64,000 nucleotides of DNA from an uncultured Gammaproteobacteria bacterium (GTDB lineage Bacteria > Patescibacteriota > Patescibacteriia > JAHIZJ01): NCBI GenBank assembly GCA_964594455.1, contig CAZQLY010000003.1:37360-101359 (forward strand), read 5' to 3'. Below, one piece after another: positions 40,247-48,968 of this stretch. A program made the position numbers and the translations under genes. The notes below the pieces were generated by a model. It worked only from the letters and a program-made list of their open reading frames with translations, did not search any database and was not told the DNA's origin. Positions within the stretch are counted from its first letter, which is position 1. Every line of letters begins with the position of its first letter.

Positions 40247-43200
40247 TTATTTCTGAAAAAGCTTAACTACTTTTTCGATTTCAATCATCCACTTTTTGGA
40301 TAAGTTTTCGAAATCAATCTTTATCTGATTTTCACCCAGCACCCAATTAGCATTTAGATCCAGCAATTTTTTAATTTGATCAGGCGTATATTGTTCTAAG
40401 AATTTTATCACCAGGCGGGGCTTTACTATACCGCCCTCAGTAACATGAATCGTGTCAATACTTTCGATCGAAGTTTTTTGAGCTGATAGCCGGAGCTGGA
40501 GTAAGCGATAGAGGTTTTTTATGTTAGTGGGACAGGCGCCATACTGTTTTTCTATAGCTTGATAACGATCACGCAACTCTTCGTTATCAGTGGCGTCTGA
40601 CAGATCACGATACACTTTTAGCCGTTGATTTTCTAATCCAATGTAATCGTGCGGTATGGTTATTGGCAGAGGCAGATCGATCGAAATATCCCTGATTTGG
40701 ACCGCTGCTTTTCCAGTCTTTATTTCTTCAACTGCCTGGCTGAGTAGCTTGGAGTAAAGGCTTAATCCGATAGCATTGACCCGGCCGTGCTGTTCCCGGC
40801 CCAGGATATTGCCCACACCGCGAATTTCCAAATCCCGTAAAGCCAGTTGGAATCCGGACCCAAGTTCTCTGGCTTCGAGTATGGCCTGTAATCTTTTCTT
40901 GGCTTCGCCGGTTAGTTTTTTCTGAGGATATAGGAAATAGGCATAAGCCTGTCTGTCGCCTCGACCGATTCGGCCTCGGAGCTGATAAAGCTGTGCTAGC
41001 CCGAAACGAGTAGCATCTTCGACAATTAGCGTATTAACATTTGGGAGATCAAGGCCGTTTTCAATAATAGTAGTTGAAACCAACACATTGATTTTCTGAT
41101 TGTCAAAATTTGACATAGTCTTAGCCAGTTGGTCCTCGGGCAACTGCCCATGAATGATTCCTATTTTACCTTTGGGTATAAGTTTTTTGAGCTGGTTAGC
41201 CTTGGTGTTTATTGTTTCAACTCGGTTGTAAAGAAAATATACTTGTCCGCCCCGTGATAATTCCAATTCAATCGCCTGCTTCATCAAAGTATCGCTGTGC
41301 GGCTTAATGATTGTTTCTATTGGCTGACGACCCTCGGGGGCAGTTCTAATTACAGTCATGTCGCGTAGTGAAGACAGGGAAAAGTTTAATGTTCGGGGGA
41401 TTGGTGTAGCAGTCAGAGTAAGCACGTGGGCATTTACCCTTAGCGATTTCAATTTTTCTTTATGTTGGACACCGAAGCGCTGCTCCTCGTCGATTATTAT
41501 CAAGCCCAATTTTTTAAACTTAACGTCAGGCGAGAGTAAGCGATGAGTGCCGATAATAATGTCTGTTTCACCGGTTTTTAATTTTGCCACGCTTTCGCTC
41601 TGCTGGCTGCGAGTTTTAAACCGGCTCAGCGAATCTATTGTGACTGGGAATTTTTTCAAACGGTTGGCAAAGGTATCATAATGCTGCTGGGCCAATATGG
41701 TGGTGGGCGCCAAAATCGCCACTTGTTTTTTGTTGGCCACTGTTTTTAATGCCGCCCTAATTGCTACTTCGGTTTTGCCAAACCCGACATCGCCGCAGAT
41801 CAATCGATCCATCGGTTCATCCCCCTCCAAGTCGTTTTCAACTTCACGAATGGCCTTGACCTGATCAGGTGTCTCCTCATAAGCAAAACTTTTGGCTAGC
41901 TCACGCTCCATTGGTGTGATCGATTTAAAGGGTTCGATTTTGGCAGTTTCACGTTTAGCGTATAACTTTACTAGCCCTTCTGCCATCTTTCTGGCTTCGG
42001 CTTTTATTTTTTTGGTAATCCGGCGCCAGGTGGTGTTTGATAAACGATGAACTTTGGGAGCGACTGAGCCAATGTATTTATCTATCTTATAGGCTACTTC
42101 CACTGGAACGGATAGTTTATCACCTTCAGCATATTCTAACTTTAAATACTCTTTTTCAATTCCGTCGACGGTGTTGTGGGCTAAGCCGCGGAAGCGTCCG
42201 ATCCCATGATCGACATGAACGACCAGATCGCCCGGCTTCAATTCTGCGATGAAGCTGAGGTCGAGACGCTTCTTTTTCTGAGGGGGTAATTTTTCTCGAC
42301 GGCCGAATATTTCAAGTTCTGTTAGAAAGACAGTTTTATGTTTTGGCCAATGAAAGCCCTCTGGTTTACTGAGCTGACTCCCGTTAGCCAGAAATTTTAT
42401 TGGTAATGGTGAACCGGGGGAGTTATTTGACCAGAGATCCGTTATTTCTTGTTTGAGATAATCGGGGCTATAAAGCGAGTAGCCTTTTGTGTGCCAACTC
42501 TTCAAATCTTTGATTAACTTGCCGAAGTTTTTATGGTACAGCGGAGCGCTGGTTATTTCAAAGACGTTATTGGCGTCGGGATGGGGCAGGGGGTGAAATA
42601 CGATTTGGGGGCGTTTCTTAATTATCTGAGCGATATTTTCCCAATGATGAGAGACGTTTGGTATTTCATCAGGATCAGAATAGATGAATGCTCCGCCATT
42701 GCTTTTTAATTCTCTTAGATATTCCAACCAGCGGCCAGAGGACTCTAAGTGGCTGAGCTGGTTAGGAATAATTGTAAATTCTGACAACTTTTGTGTTTTT
42801 TTGCCGGACGATTGGCGGTAACTCGATATGCTTTCCAGCTGAGATTGTCCAAACTCAAATCTGATCGGATCTGGTGTATTAGCTGGAAACACATCTACAA
42901 TATTTCCTCGGCGAGAAAAAACACCCACTGCGTCAGCTGAAGTGTTAAAATCATATCCTAGTGAAACCAATTGTTGTGACAACTCGGCTGGAGTTAATTT
43001 TAGGTCAGGTTTGGTATAAAAGCTATGTTCTCGATATTGGTCCGGTGCTACAAATGAAAGATCCAGTTGATCAAAAGGTAATAATATCAAACAAGGCTTA
43101 TTTTCCAGGATGCTCCATAATATTACAGCTAGTTGATCTTCGTTTGGTACATATATGGGATAATCATGGTTTTTACTGTTCCAAAGTGAGAACAATGAAG

Positions 43201-43369
43201 CAATTCTCTCAGCCTCTCCTTGGTTTTCGACAAACCAAAAAGTGACCTCATTTCTAATATTCGGGGAGGAAATGTTTGATAACAAATAAGTTTTGGCAAC
43301 ATCTGAAGGCGCGCCGGAGATGCCATAGGCACCCAGCGTGTTGGGCTTCAGCTCAATAGGTGATTTCAT
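40247..43369 (-). CDS. mfd: Transcription-repair coupling factor
   Basis: VHVDHGIG (RID), CGDVGFGKT, DEEQRFG, TATPIPRT, QLRGRIGR. Confidence 0.95.
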   Translation of the reverse strand: MKSPIELKPNTLGAYGISGAPSDVAKTYLLSNISSPNIRNEVTFWFVENQGEAERIASLFSLWNSKNHDYPIYVPNEDQLAVILWSILENKPCLILLPFDQLDLSFVAPDQYREHSFYTKPDLKLTPAELSQQLVSLGYDFNTSADAVGVFSRRGNIVDVFPANTPDPIRFEFGQSQLESISSYRQSSGKKTQKLSEFTIIPNQLSHLESSGRWLEYLRELKSNGGAFIYSDPDEIPNVSHHWENIAQIIKKRPQIVFHPLPHPDANNVFEITSAPLYHKNFGKLIKDLKSWHTKGYSLYSPDYLKQEITDLWSNNSPGSPLPIKFLANGSQLSKPEGFHWPKHKTVFLTELEIFGRREKLPPQKKKRLDLSFIAELKPGDLVVHVDHGIGRFRGLAHNTVDGIEKEYLKLEYAEGDKLSVPVEVAYKIDKYIGSVAPKVHRLSNTTWRRITKKIKAEARKMAEGLVKLYAKRETAKIEPFKSITPMERELAKSFAYEETPDQVKAIREVENDLEGDEPMDRLICGDVGFGKTEVAIRAALKTVANKKQVAILAPTTILAQQHYDTFANRLKKFPVTIDSLSRFKTRSQQSESVAKLKTGETDIIIGTHRLLSPDVKFKKLGLIIIDEEQRFGVQHKEKLKSLRVNAHVLTLTATPIPRTLNFSLSSLRDMTVIRTAPEGRQPIETIIKPHSDTLMKQAIELELSRGGQVYFLYNRVETINTKANQLKKLIPKGKIGIIHGQLPEDQLAKTMSNFDNQKINVLVSTTIIENGLDLPNVNTLIVEDATRFGLAQLYQLRGRIGRGDRQAYAYFLYPQKKLTGEAKKRLQAILEARELGSGFQLALRDLEIRGVGNILGREQHGRVNAIGLSLYSKLLSQAVEEIKTGKAAVQIRDISIDLPLPITIPHDYIGLENQRLKVYRDLSDATDNEELRDRYQAIEKQYGACPTNIKNLYRLLQLRLSAQKTSIESIDTIHVTEGGIVKPRLVIKFLEQYTPDQIKKLLDLNANWVLGENQIKIDFENLSKKWMIEIEKVVKLFQK

Positions 43370-43456
43370 TGTTCTGTATTAAGTATATCATTGATGCGAA
43401 AAGATATCAAGATTTTGCTAAAAATAGCCATATTCTGAAGTAAAATTGGCTAACCA

Positions 43457-43484
43457 TTGACAAATTAATCCTTTGTGCTAAGAT
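43457..43484 (+). promoter_or_regulatory. Sigma70-type promoter for the non-coding/tRNA unit
   Basis: TTGACA-16 nt-TAAGAT with TG extension. Confidence 0.6.
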
Positions 43485-43526
43485 GCAACATCGATTATTT
43501 GGGGATACCCTGGTATTCGAGATATC

Positions 43527-43665
43527 ATGGCCTTTGGATTACTACCAACGAGCGGTGAACGATGTAGCAACCCCTCCTAGCTACAACAAGTAGCCTCAAG
43601 ATAAGGTGAATTCGTTTATCGAGTACATCCTTGCGCTTGTTGGTAGTGACCTGGGGGTCATTTTT
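43527..43665 (+). ncRNA. Putative structured RNA (long stem capped by a three-way junction)
   Basis: ATGGCCTTTGG-A-TTACTACCAACGAGCG pairs with CGCTTGTTGGTAGTGA-CCTGGGGGTCAT; GATGTA/TACATC; two apical hairpins; U-tract. Confidence 0.45.
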
Positions 43666-43873
43666 GTTTTGTGGATAAGGCTCTTTACAGAACTAATTAT
43701 TTTCGATATAGTCTCGTTTGTGACTTTGGCAGAGGCAATACCCATTTTCATTAATGGGGCCTGTGAGCTTCCGATGAATTTGGGTCTCTGCCTCAAAGTT
43801 GGTTGCGTTCTTTTTTCATATAGATGTTCGCTTGGATACTTCTCCCCACAACGCCGAACTAAGGAGAAGATAA

Positions 43874-44166
43874 ATGGGACAGTATGATGAAGACGATGCT
43901 GAGTTCCTGAATTGGGATCCCAGCGCTGTCTCAGAGGAAGCGAAACCCCTGGCACGTTCTACGTTGCCGAAGCCCCCGAATCTAAACCATTTGTCAAAAT
44001 AGGAGACCGGGTCGTTTTTGGTTAGCAGGTTGGCGTGATCGATTGTATGAAGTCTATGAACGCGGTCGAGTCAAACTGCTCGGGCGTGGTGACCGAACAG
44101 CTGGTCGAGGACAGTGATGTTGTGGAACAGGGCCAAGTGCTTTTCCGTCTGCAACCCGATGTTTGA
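43874..44166 (+). pseudogene. accB: Biotin carboxyl carrier protein (biotinyl domain) pseudogene
   Basis: SETPGTFYVAEAPESKPFVKIGDRV..G*Q..VIDCMKSMNAVES..SGVV..LVEDSDVVEQGQVLF; TAG at 44023; SD-ATG 43874 is out of frame with this domain. Confidence 0.75.
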
Positions 44167-44167
44167 T

Positions 44168-44352
44168 GCGGCTGTAGCTCAGTCAGGTTAGAGCCCTTGG
44201 TACAAGTCCAGCCAGAAACAGTGGCCTGTTTGTCCTTGCAAGAGAGTGGGCTGCTACCTAACCCGGATTATGGATTAGGGCAGGTAAGGCATTAACTTGC
44301 CTGTTGGCTGGGTACGACAAGGAGATCGAGGGTTCAAATCCCTTCGGCCGCA
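44168..44352 (+). tRNA. tRNA-like gene with a 118-nt structured element replacing the anticodon loop (identity unclear, possibly Val-TAC-derived)
   Basis: GCGGCTG/CGGCCGC acceptor, GCTC/GAGC D-stem, CCTTG/CAAGG stem, GAGGG-TTCAAAT-CCCTT T-arm. Confidence 0.65.
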
Positions 44353-44361
44353 CATGGTTTA

Positions 44362-44434
44362 GGCTGGATAGAACAGGTGGTAGCTCGCTGGGCTCATAAC
44401 CCAGAGGTCATGGGTTCGAATCCCGTTCCCGCCA
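44362..44434 (+). tRNA. Degenerate tRNA-Met (CAT), initiator-like anticodon arm; possible pseudogene
   Basis: CTGGG-CTCATAA-CCCAG; T:C mismatch in acceptor, A:C in D-stem; ends CAA rather than CCA. Confidence 0.7.
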
Positions 44435-44470
44435 CAACCTTTCCTGCGCGGTTACCCCCACGCAGGGCCA

Positions 44471-44517
44471 AGGGCGGTGAACAGTTTCATTGGAAACTAG
44501 TTCTCCGCCCTCTTTTT
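44471..44517 (+). terminator. Intrinsic terminator closing the ncRNA/tRNA unit
   Basis: AGGGCGG-TGAAC-AGTTTC...GAAACT-AGTTCT-CCGCCCT followed by T5. Confidence 0.75.
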
Positions 44518-44598
44518 ATGCCTTGACAAAAAAATGTTTTTTTGTATAAAGTTACTTGTTGTATAAACGGTTGTTGTCCTAGCAAAAGGAGGTGTGGC

Positions 44599-45252
44599 GT
44601 GTCAGCTAGAAGATTGGTAAAAGGCAGGCTTCTCTTTGTTCCTCCTCGGGAGCAGGTCAGATTGCTCCGCCAGTGGAACAGCGAGTATGATCTGAGTATT
44701 CCGGAAGAATGGTTTGCTAGCCTGGGTAAACCTCCCCGGCACCCCGACCGCCCACTCTGTACGGTAGTTCTGGATGTGGGCTTGAGGACCATGTGGGAGA
44801 CCTTGATTAGGGCTTGGCAGATCGCTGCGGCTCAGCAAGACTATGCCTGGCGGGACTCGGACCTGATTCGGATGTGTACGGTGCGCATGGGTCCCAAGAT
44901 AAATCACCTGCCGGGTTTGCGCTGGCGAATCGTCAACTTAGGTGCCAATTGGTTTCCTGACGATTCCGGAAACTATTATGCTCCGAACAGTCTCCAATGC
45001 CCGCAAGATGGTCCAGACGCTGCGTTACTATGGGCAGCAGCCTATTTCCCGAAGTGGATCCAGCGCATGGACGGAAGGGAAGTTCCCTTTGTCTGGATAC
45101 CTGGATATCGCGTACAGGAAACCGGTGATGATTCGTCATGGTGTTACATCCCACGACTCTATTTCTATCAGGCCGATGACGGTATCTGCTTGGATGCTGA
45201 TCATCAAGAGAATAGTGGTCCCAAGTGGGCGGTGCCGGAGCTCATTGACTAA
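44599..45252 (+). CDS. Hypothetical Trp-rich protein
   Basis: SD AAGGAGGT before GTG 44599; TTGACA/TATAAA promoter at 44523; terminator near 45278-45308. Confidence 0.6.
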   Translation: MSARRLVKGRLLFVPPREQVRLLRQWNSEYDLSIPEEWFASLGKPPRHPDRPLCTVVLDVGLRTMWETLIRAWQIAAAQQDYAWRDSDLIRMCTVRMGPKINHLPGLRWRIVNLGANWFPDDSGNYYAPNSLQCPQDGPDAALLWAAAYFPKWIQRMDGREVPFVWIPGYRVQETGDDSSWCYIPRLYFYQADDGICLDADHQENSGPKWAVPELID

Positions 45253-45317
45253 GCGGTTTTTTCGCTCAGTACCAAAAGGACCGACTCTGAATGTTCGGCC
45301 CTTTTTTATTTGTAGTG

Positions 45318-45902
45318 TTAGTTGTATTGATTCATTGATTCAGCCAGGCTTTTTTTGATAGCCAGCAGTATTGCTTCTACTGTTTCGTCGACGATTCCTT
45401 TTAATATCTTTTTTTGATCAGGTGAGAAACCCCGGAGTACAAACCTGGCAGTGGTTTGTTTGTGATAACGAGCTTTGGCTGATTCTTCCTCTGATGGCTT
45501 TATTCCGACGCGAAAACGTGGGAACTTCTGAGTTCCTAAGCATTTGATCACTGAAGTAGCGCCTTTGTGCCCGGCTGCAGATCCGTAAGGTTTGATTTTT
45601 ATGTAGCCAAATTCTATATCAACATCGTCGTATACCAACCAAATATTCTCAGGCTTTATTTGGTAAAATTGAGCTATATTATTTATAGGAAAACCCGACA
45701 GGTTCATATAGGTGGTTGGCTTGGCCAGAATTATATCGGTGCGACCGACTCTAGTTTTAACAATCTCGGCTTTGAGTTTAGTTTTATTGCCAAATTTTAC
45801 TTTTAACTCTTTAGCCAAAGCATCAAGTACCATAAAACCAATGTTATGACGAGTGGTAGCGTATTTTTTCCCTGGATTACCTAGTCCGGCGATCAATATC
45901 AT
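45318..45902 (-). CDS. pth: Peptidyl-tRNA hydrolase
   Basis: GLGNPGKKYATTRHNIGF, KPTTYMNLSG, AAGHKG. Confidence 0.95.
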   Translation of the reverse strand: MILIAGLGNPGKKYATTRHNIGFMVLDALAKELKVKFGNKTKLKAEIVKTRVGRTDIILAKPTTYMNLSGFPINNIAQFYQIKPENIWLVYDDVDIEFGYIKIKPYGSAAGHKGATSVIKCLGTQKFPRFRVGIKPSEEESAKARYHKQTTARFVLRGFSPDQKKILKGIVDETVEAILLAIKKSLAESMNQYN

Positions 45903-47260
45903 ATTTTACCGCGATACTTTTTAAAATAAATATATATGGGTGTTCCGGTGAAGCCGTAAACTGACCGGAGCTTCTTCTCAACAAAGCGCAAATAGGCAGT
46001 GGGTAAGTCTCCTGGAACGTTAGCGCTGATCTGAAATGAAGGAGGCTCGACACCGAATTGTTTGATTGACAATGATATTTTTTTGTTTTTTTGGGCCGTG
46101 GTTAGAGGCGGTTTTTTCTGATTGACTAGAGATTTAATGATTTCAGTTAATTCCTCAGGGGCTATATCTTTTTTCCTCTGCTTTTGGACTTCTATGGCTT
46201 TTGGAAAAATATATTTTGTACCCATTCCTGTCAGGGCTGAGACTGCCAATACAGGAGCCCAATCAAGGAAGGGTAATGAGCGTAGAATATTTTTCTTGAT
46301 TAGTTTAGTTTTTTCTTGCGTCTCTTGGCTTAACAGGTCTGACTTATTTGCCAGAATAATTAGACCCTTGTTATTTCGAATGATTAGCTGTGCCAAGCGT
46401 TTGTCCTGAGCGGTAATGGGCTGACTGATATCAAGAACTAGTAGGGAAACATCGCATTTTTTTATAGTCTCGATGGTTTTGGATTCGCTTTCTTTTTCCA
46501 GAGTTTTAGTTTTGCGAAAGGCCTTCCTTATTTTACCACGTTTACGCAGACCAGCTGTATCAATCAGGCAAACCTTTTCACCGTTTATTGTAATTGCAAC
46601 GTCATGAGATTCTCGGGTGGTGTAGGGAATAGGGGTGACAATTGAACGCTCTTCGCCTACTAAGGCGTTCATGAGGGATGATTTTCCAACGTTAGGTTTA
46701 CCAATTAAAGAGATTGAAAGCGAGGGTTTATCTATTTCATTATCAGTGGTGCTTTTCTGAAAGATATGTTCAAACACTTCATCCAATAAATCGCCTGTAC
46801 CTCGGCCGTTTTTTGCCGACACTATTTGAAGTTTATCAAAACCGAATTTATGATAATCGGTGCTGATAAATTCTTCATGCTTTTGATTGTCGATTTTGTT
46901 TACTACAAGTAAAGTTGGTAATCCAGTCTGGCGGACAAACTTCAGCGCCTCTCGATCCGGAGCAGTTGGCTCGACCTGGCCATCAACTACTAAAAGAAGT
47001 AGATCAGCTATTTGACTGGCTCGTTTGATGTGATCGACTATGCGTTGCTCTATTTCACTTTGCTGATCGATATCTAATCCTCCGGTATCTATGAGTTTGA
47101 TTTCTGATCCGCGCCAATCAATAAAAGCCTCATTCCTATCACGGGTAGTACCGGGCAAGCTTGAGGTGATGGCTTTTGATTCTTCTACTAAGCGGTTAAA
47201 CAACGTCGATTTGCCGACATTAGTCCGTCCGATGATGGCCACCGTTTTCATGCCTGACAT
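45899..47260 (-). CDS. der: Ribosome biogenesis GTPase Der (EngA)
   Basis: Two G domains (GRTNVGKS, GKPNVGKS) and C-terminal FTGTPI. Confidence 0.95.
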   Translation of the reverse strand: MSGMKTVAIIGRTNVGKSTLFNRLVEESKAITSSLPGTTRDRNEAFIDWRGSEIKLIDTGGLDIDQQSEIEQRIVDHIKRASQIADLLLLVVDGQVEPTAPDREALKFVRQTGLPTLLVVNKIDNQKHEEFISTDYHKFGFDKLQIVSAKNGRGTGDLLDEVFEHIFQKSTTDNEIDKPSLSISLIGKPNVGKSSLMNALVGEERSIVTPIPYTTRESHDVAITINGEKVCLIDTAGLRKRGKIRKAFRKTKTLEKESESKTIETIKKCDVSLLVLDISQPITAQDKRLAQLIIRNNKGLIILANKSDLLSQETQEKTKLIKKNILRSLPFLDWAPVLAVSALTGMGTKYIFPKAIEVQKQRKKDIAPEELTEIIKSLVNQKKPPLTTAQKNKKISLSIKQFGVEPPSFQISANVPGDLPTAYLRFVEKKLRSVYGFTGTPIYIYFKKYRGKI

Positions 47261-47276
47261 GGAATTGAGGTGCGGT

Positions 47277-48806
47277 TTAATAATTTAAATTAGTATTGGC
47301 TGAGTACCCGAAAACCTGGGATTCTAGGATATCAGAGCCCAAGACAATTAAGATATCAATATCTTCTGTTTCAGTTGTTGGAACGTTTGTGAGATTGCCG
47401 ATTGAGTTTTCTATGGGAATTTCTGGATTAGTTTGCCCGATTACGTCGGCAGTTGAGTCAGACAAGAATATCGGAGCATTGGCTGAAACCTCCGCAGCCA
47501 ATTCTTTTTTTAGCAGCTGAAGCGTTTCTGGATTATTACCCAATGACAGGTCATAAATTATGGTGGTTGTTTCCGTGTTACTGGCAGCGTTACCGACTTC
47601 CACAACATTATATCCTATATCTTTCAGTAAGTTGGCTGTCGTGTCGGCTAAGCCATTAGTGGCGGTGCCGTTTTGTATTTCTATTTTGGCTGATTCTTTG
47701 GAAATTGCGGTGTAATTAAAAATATTTTTGGCTAAAGCCTGTATTTCTGAATAATCACCAGCAACTGGTTGGAGGACATAAGCGCCATCGGCTGTATAAT
47801 CTGAGTAAAGCAATCCGTTGGGGCTGGTATCCAGTACTCGGCTAACAATTTTTGAAGTATCTATATCTTGGAGCAAGTCGGCCAATCGAACAACTTCCCA
47901 GATTTCCATATCAGTCTTTAAATGACTTCCTAAAGCCTCAGAAATATCAACCACTTTTTTGGGATTTATCAAAGTACCAAAAGAAAGAATCTCCTTTTTT
48001 GCTTGAGAGAGTACTTGTTGCTGTCGCCGGGAACGAGCAAAGTCTGATCCTTCACCATTGGTGCCATGGCGTGAGCGTACATATTTGAGAGCTGTTTCAC
48101 CATCCATTGTTTGGATACCAGCCTTAAATGAAACGGTTTGGTATCCATAATTGTTATCAGGATATTGATAGTCTGTAAATGATCGCTCTACGTCGATTTC
48201 GACACCGTTTACCAAGTCAATTACCTCAGTAAAACCGGAGAAATCAATTGAAGCATAATAATGAATATCTTGATCTATTACGTCTTCGATAATACTAGCT
48301 AGAAATCTTTCCCCGCCTTTATCTGGGTTTTCGAAATAACCAAAGGCATTTGCGTTATTGATCTTTCTCCAGCCGTAGCCCGGTATTTCAACTAAAAAGT
48401 CGCGAGGAATAGACAACATGGCCACTTCGTGAGATGAGGGCTTAAGACTGGCTATGATAATAGTATCAGCCAAATATGATCCTTCGTGGCCTGGACCGCC
48501 CATACCGACCAGTAGTATATTTACCCGATCCATATCTTCACCGTCGATGGTTTTATCACTGCTAGTAACCAAGTGTTTTAATTGGTCAAAAAAACCAGTT
48601 TCTTGGCGGCTAAAAACACCATCACTGGAAAAGATAACTTTGTAAGAGAAAGAGAAGCCCAATATTAAAAGAAAAACCAAAACATACATACTGACCTTGA
48701 GTAGGGTCATTGGCCAGCGTTTTTTAGCCGGAGCTGATTTAACAGGGTCCTGAGGATCCTGTTTATCGGCTTGGATAGTTTGTAGATCTATTTTTTTTCG
48801 ACTCAT
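47277..48806 (-). CDS. LCP (LytR-CpsA-Psr) family protein with LytR_C domain
   Basis: ADTII, SIPRD, YVRSRH, SDFARSRRQQ, IQNGTATNGLA. Confidence 0.9.
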   Translation of the reverse strand: MSRKKIDLQTIQADKQDPQDPVKSAPAKKRWPMTLLKVSMYVLVFLLILGFSFSYKVIFSSDGVFSRQETGFFDQLKHLVTSSDKTIDGEDMDRVNILLVGMGGPGHEGSYLADTIIIASLKPSSHEVAMLSIPRDFLVEIPGYGWRKINNANAFGYFENPDKGGERFLASIIEDVIDQDIHYYASIDFSGFTEVIDLVNGVEIDVERSFTDYQYPDNNYGYQTVSFKAGIQTMDGETALKYVRSRHGTNGEGSDFARSRRQQQVLSQAKKEILSFGTLINPKKVVDISEALGSHLKTDMEIWEVVRLADLLQDIDTSKIVSRVLDTSPNGLLYSDYTADGAYVLQPVAGDYSEIQALAKNIFNYTAISKESAKIEIQNGTATNGLADTTANLLKDIGYNVVEVGNAASNTETTTIIYDLSLGNNPETLQLLKKELAAEVSANAPIFLSDSTADVIGQTNPEIPIENSIGNLTNVPTTETEDIDILIVLGSDILESQVFGYSANTNLNY

Positions 48807-48859
48807 CGTGTGAATTATAAAATATTTATCCGAAACCGTCAAAAGTTTCTAATTTATCA

Positions 48860-48888
48860 TTGACAAAAGGCAAAAAGTGCGATATACT
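48860..48888 (+). promoter_or_regulatory. Near-consensus sigma70 promoter with no downstream sense ORF
   Basis: TTGACA-17 nt-TATACT. Confidence 0.55.
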
Positions 48889-48923
48889 GAAAGTAGAAAA
48901 TAAAACTACAACTGAATAAGAAC

Positions 48924-48954
48924 AAAAAAACCCTGTCCATTTAGCAGGGTTTTT
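48924..48954. terminator. Bidirectional terminator
   Basis: A7-CCCTG-loop-CAGGG-T5. Confidence 0.65.
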
Positions 48955-48968
48955 GTAATATGGTGTTT

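Noticed and set aside
43596-43955. ORFs 43606..43887(+) and 43596..43955(-)
   Set aside because: No SD or motif; they overlap strong RNA hairpins and the accB remnant
44023-44025. Stop-codon reassignment (TAG read as Gln)
   Set aside because: TAG terminates normal genes here (secF, topA), and the accB remnant also appears frameshifted
44168-44352. tmRNA or group I intron-containing tRNA
   Set aside because: No G3:U70 or tag ORF; the insert is only 118 nt with no recognisable catalytic core
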